A stretch of DNA of 63,315 nucleotides, the filler included, from Welwitschia mirabilis (lineage: Eukaryota), in assembly GCA_051453625.1 (NCBI GenBank). It is 6 parts of one record of this genome, joined end to end, with 100 filler letters (N's around TTAATTAATTAA, not from the genome) between each part and the next. Parts side by side here need not be neighbours in the genome. Positions count along the whole stretch, not along the records: positions 49,938 to 55,576 come from JBOZIK010000001.1; positions 55,677 to 59,283 come from JBOZIK010000001.1; positions 59,384 to 63,315 come from JBOZIK010000001.1; 3 more parts are not named here. One strand, written 5' to 3'. Shown piece after piece: positions 53,500-63,315 of this stretch. Both the position numbers and the translations under genes were made by a program. Below the pieces are notes generated by a model. It saw only the letters and a program-made list of their open reading frames with translations. It was not told the DNA's origin and ran no database searches. Position 1 is the stretch's first letter; the number at the start of each line of letters is the position of its first letter.

Positions 53500-53735
53500 A
53501 AAATGTTGCGACATCTTGCCATTGCCCTTTTTTCAATTTGAAAATGTCTTGAAGTCGGTCGACATTTTCAGCCAACATTTTGAAAAAGTTGGCGACATTT
53601 CCGACATTTCCGACTTTTTGTCGACAGGTTGCCGACTTTTTCAAAATGTCTCACATAGGTACTGTGAAACAGTTTTCTGGCAAAAAAAACCATTTTCTGC
53701 ACAATAGACCAATGAGCAGTGAGAAAAATTGAAGG
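53500..53735. repeat. CGAC-rich stretch with a 22-bp inverted repeat; probable DNA-transposon subterminal region
   Basis: Arms 53575-53596 and 53628-53649 match 20/22 as reverse complements. Many ccgaca/ccgact motifs. Confidence 0.6.
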
Positions 53736-53835
53736 NNNNNNNNNNNNNNNNNNNNNNNNNNNNNNNNNNNNNNNNNNNNNNNNNNNNNNNNNNNNNNNNN
53801 NNNNNNNNNNNNNNNNNNNNNNNNNNNNNNNNNNN

Positions 53836-53938
53836 AAAGGGAGTTTACACAACTTCCCTTTACAACATGTTTAATTACAAAGGGGACAACGTTTAGACAT
53901 ATAACGTTAAAACACCAATTTGACTTCATACCCCAACA
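53836..53938 (-). repeat. Third copy of the copia LTR end
   Basis: Nearly identical to 52595-52697 and ends ccccaaCA. Confidence 0.85.
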
Positions 53939-54206
53939 ATATCAAGCCTATGGGAAATATGAAGCAAGGGAGAGATATCAAGTCTAAGAGAGAGAGGTCA
54001 AGATCATAATAGGATATGAAGGCCGCGAAATGGTTTAGGTGAAAATGAGGAAAATTTTTAAGGCTTGCTAGGATTCAAGAGATGACAAGGAGGCTTGTGA
54101 TCACCAAGGTGTGACTTACAATGCCCTATTTGTTTAAAATCATGAAAATTCGATCTTACAAATGTAGATCAGAGTTCCTTATTTGTTGGCAACTCTAACA
54201 ATTAGA

Positions 54207-54264
54207 AGTTTATGACAACCTACACATGTGAGTGAGTTTATGACAACCTACACATGTGAGTGAG
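54207..54264. repeat. 28-bp tandem duplication
   Basis: agtttatgacaacctacacatgtgagtg occurs twice. Confidence 0.95.
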
Positions 54265-54399
54265 ACCTAAACCTACCCAAGTATATCACAATTTTATCCA
54301 ATTCCTTGACCTTCCACAATGCAGGGAAAAAAATCATCAATTTATAAGTAAATATCCATGAAACAAAATTAGCAACATAGATCATTACAAAGATCACAC

Positions 54400-55300
54400 A
54401 AACATACTCATAAGTATAACTAGGCTATGGAACATGCTTCTATCCATCCTTCAATGTCATGGTCTAAACATTACATTAAAGAGTATTGGGGTTATGATTG
54501 AATTTTTGTCTCATTGAGATGGAAATAAGCTCCATTGAATGGAAATTCACTTTTGTTGTAGTTTTGCATTGAATCAGGTATGTTTCTTTCAAATAGTGTT
54601 ATTCTTTGTGTTGTTTGAAGAAACCTCCACAATGTTTGGCTTCATACTCTTGATTTTCAGTTTCCATATCTCAATGTCCACCATTGATTGAACCAAGTGT
54701 GTGATACCCTTATATATATATATTCTTTTTGCCATTTACTAACATGTTGTCCTTTTGAAATAACCCCAATGTGTAAGATCAAAAATTGATTTTGTAAATA
54801 ATGTCATGTTGTAAGTCATGCTTCAACAACCACAACCGAATTTGGGCACTTTCCACACCTCTTCAAGCATTGAAAACCCTTTAACATGAGATAGGACCTC
54901 CATAAACTAAACCTTCATCTCAATCCTTGTCTTGGGTGTCTAAGCCTGTAGTGCAGGCTGTTCAATGTCTGTTAGAGGCCCAAAACGTTATTCAAACTAT
55001 GTTTCAATGCCTACAAATCCTTAGAACCAAATAGCAATGACCTATCACATTTTCACATGCGATATGTTTGTGGGTCTTTAAGAAACCCTAAAATTCCCTG
55101 TAAACACCCTATTAAACTGATCACTAAGAATCTAATGCCCTGTTAGTTATCCATCTACTATCCATGCTAAGTCATCCTTGTCCTTTACAAGACCCCATCC
55201 AAGAATATCATCCAAGCTGTAATGCCATCTTACTCCTTCATCTTAAAAGTCTAAGAGGCATCATTCTACAATCATTTTGTATATTTTGAGTATGTAAAGT
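54400..55300 (-). mobile_element. Possible very old LINE (L1 ORF2 endonuclease region) remnant
   Basis: Only weak motifs: LAWIVDG (cf. PWIVGGDFN) at ~55150-55170 and FMEVLSH..EEVW at ~54850-54905. Confidence 0.3.
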
Positions 55301-55526
55301 TTTTTGATTAATAAATAAGCTTCTTTCTTTAGTGCAAACATGCATTGGTTACATTTTCAAAATATCTATGAAGCTCTATACATTCTTAATTAAACATTTA
55401 TCTTGCTCTTTCCTTTACTGTTTTCGTTGAATGAAATGGCATTCTTTCAAATCTGTCTTGCTTTTATCAACCAGCCATTAAAATCATCCTTAGCATAATT
55501 TTTTGTCTCCAGCCATATTTTGTGAG

Positions 55527-55532
<6 letters not shown>

Positions 55533-55572
<40 letters not shown>
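55533..55572. repeat. (AG)n microsatellite at a contig end
   Basis: About 20 AG units read directly. Confidence 0.95.
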
Positions 55573-55573
<1 letters not shown>

Positions 55574-55620
55574 CTCNNNNNNNNNNNNNNNNNNNNNNNN
55601 NNNNNNNNNNNNNNNNNNNN

Positions 55621-55632
55621 TTAATTAATTAA
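55621..55632. other. Artificial scaffold linker TTAATTAATTAA
   Basis: Same N44-linker-N44 structure. Confidence 0.97.
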
Positions 55633-55676
55633 NNNNNNNNNNNNNNNNNNNNNNNNNNNNNNNNNNNNNNNNNNNN

Positions 55677-56292
55677 ACTCCGACTTAATATCTCGAGCCC
55701 TTGGAGTCGATAGATCATGTTGCACCATCCGGAGATGCTTCAACGAAGTGAGGGTCATTTGTAGGCATGCATCCACCTTACGTACTGTTTGTCACCTGTA
55801 TTGGGGGTATATCAAGGTGAAATGAAAGCCTGTGGAGTTAAGCCCCACCATGTTTGTATAGTTTAGAACCTGAAGTAAAACCAACTCACGTCCAAAGGAT
55901 GGTCGGATATCGAGTTGGATTGCCATTAATTGGAGTTGCAGCCTCCTATTATATAGGTTAAGTATTATCCTTAAAACTTATCCATGTATGTTGACAACAA
56001 GTTTACATCTCCTCAACTATACACAAGATATCTTTTATGTGACGTAAAACTAAGAAGAAATGTAAGACACAAACTTATGACACCGCAACTGTTTGTGAAC
56101 CAAAATAATCTAGAAATTAATCATAGATAAATATATAATAATAATATGATTTGTCTTTCTTAGAATATGGAAATTCTAATAAAGGAGTAAGTCGAATTTG
56201 GTCCTAGGTTCTATTGTGTATATTAGGTAAAAAATATTAAAGAATGGGAAAACATAGTGCTTAATTAGGGTAAGAAAAAAGAGGGTGTCACA
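55677..56292 (-). mobile_element. Probable LTR fragment in the TVP38-like gene intron
   Basis: The minus strand begins TGTGACACCC, a common gypsy LTR start, and the stretch has a locally higher CpG content. Truncated by the gap. Confidence 0.5.
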
Positions 56293-56309
56293 CTATATCA
56301 TAGTCACCA

Positions 56310-56490
56310 ACTTCTTCCACAATCTATAGAATCATCCTACAAAATTCTTCGTCATACATGTGCATATCCCTCAGTGTCATCGACAACACTTAATGAATTT
56401 GTACTAGAAGAGATCAACACAATGTTCTATCACTCCCTATTCAAGAATCCAATTAACAAAAATAGCATGTCATATTTGCAGATTCATGAA
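56310..56490 (-). mobile_element. Possible hAT transposase (DUF659-like) remnant
   Basis: Minus-strand IVEEVGD preceded by SLSVVD. Frameshifted and weak. Confidence 0.3.
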
Positions 56491-57415
56491 GATCCACAAT
56501 TCAACCAAGGAAGAGTTCACAAAAATAGACACTGGCATTCATGCTAGTAAAGTCATTATGTATCTATCTCTATGAAAGTCCATCAACCTAATACAATGCC
56601 ACAGATTCACACTTCTATACCATCTTGCTCTTCACATGAACATGAAGGCAATGATGATCTTACACAACTTAATAGACCTCAAACTTGGTCATCATAACAA
56701 ACAAAAGTCTTGCCATCACTGTAAAGCATCTAGTAGAAGGGTTCTCTCTCATGCCTTTCTAATTTAAAACCTCCTATTAATGTTCATAAGACATATTTAC
56801 TCTATTGTTATAGAATTGCTAATGTTCAAGGATCTGAGATCACAAATGTTAAAAAATATACTTATTTTGATACAATTCATCCAATCTAACCAGTGTATCA
56901 AATAAGACTATAACATCTAAAGAGTGTCACAAAAACTATTAAGGTTTTCTAGGAGCTATATGCAATGGGAATGTTCCAAATAAGAATTGGCATCTTTGGT
57001 GTGTCTTTAGACTTCGCTAGGATGAAAGAAAAATTCCTTTGCTAATATTATATTTTTGTTCATGTAAAATAAGAAGCTTACAAAAATCAAGATCATATTG
57101 TGAAAAAAGTTAACCAAGTCAAGAAATGTGAAAATAGGTTTTGTAAGTCACAAATAAACTTTATAAAATCTAAGTTGCTATTCTTGATGCATGCCCCTTG
57201 TGTCCTAGGCAAAGTGCTCTTGAATAATTTAGTTTCCTGCACATTTCTCAGAGAAAACATCCCCTTTTCTAGAAACTTGTGATTTATAGAAATCTTCTCT
57301 TCTTTCTAAAAGCATTGGATCTTAGTTTAATCAAGTGGTCCAGCCACAGAAATGTGACATAATGAGAAAATTTAAATCAAAAATTCTATTTACAGGAATG
57401 ACTATTAGAGCTAAC

Positions 57416-57633
57416 CTGTAGATTGTAACAAAGATTTCAGGTGTAGTTCCAGCAAGAGAACCAATTATGTAAGGACTGTACTTCACATTTGTTGCTACGG
57501 CAGCATAGTTGAAAAGAATGTAAGGAAACGGTGAGATTCTTAAAAGAGTAACAGCGCGAAACTGATGGAACCAATTTCCCTGACCTGATAACCGTATCAA
57601 AATAGCCTTTTTTGGCCATTTTTCAAGCCAACT
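57416..57633 (-). CDS. TVP38/TMEM64 SNARE-associated Golgi protein, coding exon 3
   Basis: SWLEKWPKKAILIRL..WFHQFRAVTLLRISPFPYILFNY..PEIFVTIY. CAG acceptor and GTTAG donor; 218 nt, ending in phase 2. Confidence 0.93.
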
Positions 57634-57730
57634 CTGCATTTTGTCCAAAATTAAAAAGAACATAAGTGCAGTAATTAATGATTTTGAAGTTTGCAAAAGC
57701 TGAAATTAAAACCAACTATGCAATTCATAC

Positions 57731-57967
57731 ATGTACTTGGTCATGACAAAGTGACCCAATGAAATATGTCAAGGACATAGCAACAATAGCTCCCACCATA
57801 ATAATCAGATATCCATATCCATAACCAAAGGTCATTCCTGCTAACCACATTGAAGGTGCTGAGGGTAAAAGTATCACTGGGAACAAAGCAATGGATGCTA
57901 TTAGCACAAACACAAGGTTGCGGGTGCTAAAGCATGACTTCTCCCAATCCAAAACTGGCACAATTAC
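57731..57967 (-). CDS. TVP38/TMEM64 SNARE-associated Golgi protein, coding exon 2
   Basis: VIVPVLDWE..LFPVILLPSAPSMWLAGMTFGYGYG. TGCAG acceptor and GTATG donor; 237 nt, phase 0/0. Confidence 0.93.
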
Positions 57968-58384
57968 CTGCAAACACCAGAAGTTGTAGGTATTTTTGGC
58001 AGTAAAACTGGCAAGCAGCCTCTAAGTAGGTATTTCCAATTGAAGACAAATTCTAGAGACCCATTAACATAAAATATTCAGAAATAATAACTCTTCTATT
58101 ATTCCAATTTCAAAGCGTATCAAAATAACAAAGATTTCAAACATAAATAAATGGTTTCCGTTGACTGAAAATAACAGTAAAACACAAGGGCAAGCGTGAT
58201 AAAATGCAAGCCAATCCAACATTGTCAAAATTAAGTGGAGAAACAAACAATTATTTGTAAATGCTTTAACAGCACAGGGCTATGCTTTCAAACAATATTT
58301 GCAGAATTCTTTATTAGCAGAAATGGAATATATTAAACACAAAATATTAATGAGTTTTACGGTATGGAAGAGGAATTACCATAC

Positions 58385-58615
58385 CTTATCAATAAGAAAT
58401 GGCATTCCCCAGTTGACAAAAGCTGCTGCAAGGGCTAGAAAACAAAGGCCTAACAAAATCAACTTGGCCCACCACAAAATGTAACATGTTACAGTCCTAT
58501 TGGGCTTTGATGCTTCACATTCGTCGAGGTATGATTCATTGGAGTAGCTAAGTCTAACATAATCAGTGTTCTCTTGCTGCACTGATTCTGCAACATTTAC
58601 AAAGACTGACATCAT
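58385..58615 (-). CDS. TVP38/TMEM64 SNARE-associated Golgi protein, coding exon 1
   Basis: MMSVF..DYVRL..WWAKLILL..WGMPFLIDK. Donor AG|GTATG; 231 nt, in frame with exon 2. Start codon inferred. Confidence 0.88.
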
Positions 58616-59327
58616 GCTATCAAGTAGAGATGCTAACCTTGTGTCAGCTGTAGTCAAGCGCACTGTGATTGGCTTATTGAGAAGCACTCACCTAAACAAT
58701 GGTGAAATGACAAAGATGACATTAAATAAGTGAATCATAGATTATGTACCAAAAGTGAAGTATCTGAAAGGTATAGACATATCTACAATAAGCATTACCT
58801 TGTGTACTGTGCAATGTTTGTTCCCGGAATCACCAGGACAGTACACTGCTGAGGCAATGCCCCTGGATAAGTGATTCCTAGTGAGTCTATCAACAGGATT
58901 CGTGGTTTGGAAGTGAGGGCCGGGAGAGAGCAATCAGGGCTCACCTCGTGAAATGCCGGGCTACTAGAGCAGTCCGTTCTAAGATGTTCTCATGTGAAAT
59001 GTCTTTTCCTCCACATCCTAGAAATTAAACTTTTTGCTTATATCCCAATGAAATATATTACTTGTTGAAATGTCTTAGAACAGTCTGCATGCCTGAAAAA
59101 CAACCAAGCTACCTTTAGGTGGAAAAATAGCTTTAAAAAAAGGCCAAATCAGAGAGATAGAGATATATAATATTGACTCTCAAAAAAAAAAAAAAAAGGG
59201 AAAAGAAAAGAAAAGCTCAAGTAAAGAATTGACTATGGGAAAAAAATACTTATGATTGGGTTACAAGGTGGGTCATCGCGTCANNNNNNNNNNNNNNNNN
59301 NNNNNNNNNNNNNNNNNNNNNNNNNNN

Positions 59328-59339
59328 TTAATTAATTAA
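59328..59339. other. Artificial scaffold linker TTAATTAATTAA
   Basis: Same N44-linker-N44 structure. Confidence 0.97.
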
Positions 59340-59899
59340 NNNNNNNNNNNNNNNNNNNNNNNNNNNNNNNNNNNNNNNNNNNNAATCCTACCTTTTCTTT
59401 CAATAATTTACCTTTTTTATAGTCATACATATCCTTTGTTTGAAGTATTTGGATCACATTGAGAATCTCGTATTATGATGTTTTCTTCTAATAGAATTAA
59501 GCATGTTGTTTCTTGAGTAAATTAGCCTGCATTACCAATGAACATCTATAGACCTAATGAAATTGATCATGTTATAAATAGATTATTAAAGTTGCATTGC
59601 CAGTGAGCATCCATAGCCTCGATGCAGTTAAGTAAATATAATAATTTGATCAAAATAAAATGTGCTTTTGGATAAGAAATATTATATTTATCTTTTGATT
59701 GTACTTTTCATATTGAATGTTTTTATGCACATAAGAGAAATTATTAGCTCATTATCCTAATTAAGAAATATCTTCTTTCCATAAAATGTTTGAAAACAAA
59801 AGTATAGTACAAAAGTAGATTCCACCTTTTTTAACCATATTTTTCAAATTAAAAAACCCATGTGAAACTAACCTTAACAAAATAACTAAAGAAAAACAT

Positions 59900-62800
59900 A
59901 ACCTTTTCTTAAGTAGTACAATCATAATTAAATTCTACTTAAACTTGCACTAATAAGATGATCACTTATTAGTGGTTTATTTATTAAGGACCATCAAACA
60001 GGACTATCAAGGCTTAATAATTTATGGATAAATGGAAGGAATGGATGATTAGTGTATTTAATAAGATGGTCTAAAAATGGAGTGGATGTGTGAAAAGTTT
60101 TGAATAGGTAATTTGTTCATGGTCTTTGGTAAAGAAAACATCCTTGGGTGTTAATGGATTTGTTTTGTTTTAATAACTGCTACTAGAAGAAAGTTTTCAA
60201 TGATATGCAAAGTGGAAAACTTAAGATTATTATGTTTATAAGTCTTAAGTCATTGGTTATTCAAAGAGGGTATAGGATGAATATCATCTTTATGAAATGA
60301 CTCTACACAACAATGTGAGAAATTTGAAGGCATATGTGAAGTGAAAGCAATAGAGGTTAAACATTCAAAATCAGATGTGGTTAAACCTATAACATTTGTA
60401 TTCTTTCCTAATAATTCTTTGTAAGGTGAATCCANNNNNNNNNNTTGGAGAAGGATTAAGATAGTAAACTCATTAACAAAATTAATATTATTGGTATTCC
60501 ATGGTAATTCAACAATATTAAAAATATCAAATCCATTATTATGTTACTGAATGATATTTTCGTTAGACCATTTCTATAATTAATAAGAGCTTTTAATGCT
60601 ATCATAAAGGGTATACCTAAAATAACTAGAATTGAATTATGCTTGGTTTAATTCATTTATAACATAATGAAATATACCAGGAAGTAGTAGTCATCTAGTT
60701 GGACAATCACATCTTTAATGATTCTTATGATAACCTCAATGAGTTATCAGCTAATTACAATTGGATTTTTATTTGCTTAAAGCCATTTAGGCTAAGTTTC
60801 TTATAAAATAATTGGAGTGAAAAGTTACACTTACTCTAAGATCTAACAAGGATTTTTTGAGATGCTTATTTTCAATTTTAATGGCTATTATTGGGCAGCC
60901 AAGGTCCTTAGACTTTTGGGAAATTTGATTTGGTATGATTAAACTAGTTTGTTATCCTAGAAAAGGTTTTTTACTTAACATTCATTTTTCTCTTGATTAT
61001 ANNNNNNNNNNAAATTTTTTTATTGACTTCTAATGGTAGCATTCTTAATTTTAACTTCTCTAAAAATTCCTAAATCTTTTAGTTATTTATTCATAATGTT
61101 TTTTCTTCCTAAGTTATTATAATAAGTGTAGAGGCTCTTAGTAAATGGACAAAGACTCTTCTAATTCCTCTACTCGTTCATCCTTTTATTTGGTTTTCAT
61201 GGATGTTGGTTCTTCTTTGGTTTGGTTTTGCTTAGTTTGATTATTTAACTCTTTTCCACATCTCAGGTGAATAGCCTTGACTTATTATATTTGATTAGGA
61301 TCTAATCCTTCTATAATTTTAACTCCATTTGGATTGAGTTATTAGATCATAGGGAGTTTTTTAAATTTCCTTTGATTTAAAGAAGAGAGGATTTAGGTGG
61401 TCATTTATTAAAATTTTTAGTATTTATGTTCAAACTTATTCAAGAAGAAGGCTTATTATCGGTTAATCTAGTTTTGGAACTCCATAAATTTTCATAATAT
61501 TTCTTCTAATGAATTAGAGGATGAGGGTTAGTGATTAGATTATATAAAGCAATTTGAGTGGTATTGGTTTAATTCTTAAGGATGAGAAGANNNNNNNNNN
61601 NNNNNNNNNNNNNNNNNNNNNNNNNNNNNNNNNNNNNNNNNNNNNNNNNNNNNNNNNNNNNNNNNNNNNNNNNNNNNNNNNNNNNNNNNNNNNNNNNNNN
61701 NNNNNNNNNNNNNNNNNNNNNNNNNNNNNNNNNNNNNNNNNNNNNNNNNNNNNNNNNNNNNNNNNNNNNNNNNNNNNNNNNNNNNNNNNNNNNNNNNNNN
61801 NNNNNNNNNNNNNNNNNNNNNNNNNNNNNNNNNNNNNNNNNNNNNNNNNNNNNNNNNNNNNNNNNNNNNNNNNNNNNNNNNNNNNNNNNNNNNNNNNNNN
61901 NNNNNNNNNNNNNNNNNNNNNNNNNNNNNNNNNNNNNNNNNNNNNNNNNNNNNNNNNNNNNNNNNNNNNNNNNNNNNNNNNNNNNNNNNNNNNNNNNNNN
62001 NNNNNNNNNNNNNNNNNNNNNNNNNNNNNNNNNNNNNNNNNNNNNNNNNNNNNNNNNNNNNNNNNNNNNNNNNNNNNNNNNNNNNNNNNNNNNNNNNNNN
62101 NNNNNNNNNTCTTAGTTAACTATTATGATTTTGATTGTATGAGTTTTTCCTATTTCTAAGAAAAATTGAGATGGTTCCTCCACTCGAGGTTATAGGTATT
62201 TGAATAAGGGTCTTTTTTATGATTTTGTTAATTGTGTCCTATGGCATTGACTTATTCATTAACTATGTTTGGAAAGAGGGGTATTAAAGGACTTAGATGT
62301 TTCATGAGAGACTATATGATAGATTAAACATTTGAGTTTGGAGATTAAGGGTTTAAGTGAGGTGGTAAGGGATTCTAATCTTATTGATAGTTCATTTATC
62401 TGGTTGTAGACATCAAAATTATGGGGTACTCTAAAGACACTTATGGATCTAACTAATATCTAGGTTGTAAATGGTTTAATTACTTCTCCCAGTTTCTAAA
62501 ACTCTTAGCTATGGATTCAAGGTAATCCTAAACTTCATATAATGAAAAATTTAGGAAGCTAATCATTATTTTAATTCATTATCTATTATTAGACAATAAT
62601 CCTTATAAAGGAATTAATGACTCTACGTAGCCCAAATTTGTGTTGGTGACATTTTTGAGGTGGGTTCTTATACCTCTCTAAGGTTTGTGAGAAGGTTTCA
62701 TGGTCTTTCTATTGGTAGTTCATGATTTATTACCTATGAGCATTGGTTTTATGACTTGGAAAAAAATTTATGATGAAGGATTTGTTAAGGTCATTCTAAG

Positions 62801-63315
62801 TCTTAATGGATATAGATTTAAAATTATATAGCCAAACTTTAGCTTTTTCCTTAAGGGAGAATGAGAAAAGAGTTAGTCTAAGGACATCTATGGTATTAGG
62901 GAACCACAATAAGGTGGCTAGCATGCACTTGAATATTTTTGTGTGTAGATATGGGTATTCTAATTCTAAGCCATGGAAATGAAAAAGGGATTGAATTATA
63001 TGAGGCTTAAAATCTAGCCTAAGTTCTATTGATGATTGGACTATGTGTGATGGGGTGTCTAAGCGTTGAGGTTGTAAGTAATCTCTAAGGGTATACATAA
63101 GGGGGTTATTAGGAAAATTGGATTGGCTTTAGGATATGTTTTGACTAGTATTTTAGGATTGTTATTATCTAAGGTAGTAGGCTTGTAGGTTTTTCAATAC
63201 TTGTTCATTAGAAAATGGTATGTTGTTATTGTAAAAGAGGTATTAGAATGCAGATTAGGTATTGAGATTAGATTGTTGGAAAGGCTGCTCTCTATGGATC
63301 TCTTCATGAGGTCAA
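59900..63315 (-). mobile_element. More eroded relative of the gag-protease-only Athila-like family
   Basis: TLRDYLQP..HFHGLE..FSFSLKEKAKVWL (62796-63098), protease LLDLRVSV (~60825-60850) and IGLTTSDFECL (~60360-60390). Collinear with 40850-43442. Confidence 0.85.

Noticed and set aside
154..62159. Long poly-X ORFs in the ORF track
   Set aside because: They are translations of N gaps.

Overview
AT-rich, gapped plant nuclear scaffold. It is probably from a large-genome seed plant such as a gymnosperm; this is inferred from the very long TE-filled intron and strongly eroded repeats. Most of it is nested, degenerate LTR retrotransposons: Athila-like and other Ty3/gypsy, a chromovirus fragment, Sirevirus-like copia and a second copia family. 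Two incomplete host genes converge: exon 1 of a HAD-like hydrolase (At2g33255-like, + strand, 30402-30759) and three coding exons of a TVP38/TMEM64 SNARE-associated Golgi protein (- strand, 58615-57416). Best leads: a complete tRNA-derived SINE with a 15-bp target-site duplication (TSD) inside an LTR; a gag-protease-only Athila-like family present twice; a TSD-bounded element whose left LTR abuts a foreign antisense pol; an in-frame stop in the HAD N-terminal extension; and an unassigned exon-like island near 53 kb. Five N44-TTAATTAATTAA-N44 linkers and several gap-flanking duplications are assembly features. I found no CRISPR array, rRNA, intact tRNA or convincing new multi-gene system. All translations and alignments were done by eye, so coordinates of degenerate elements are approximate.
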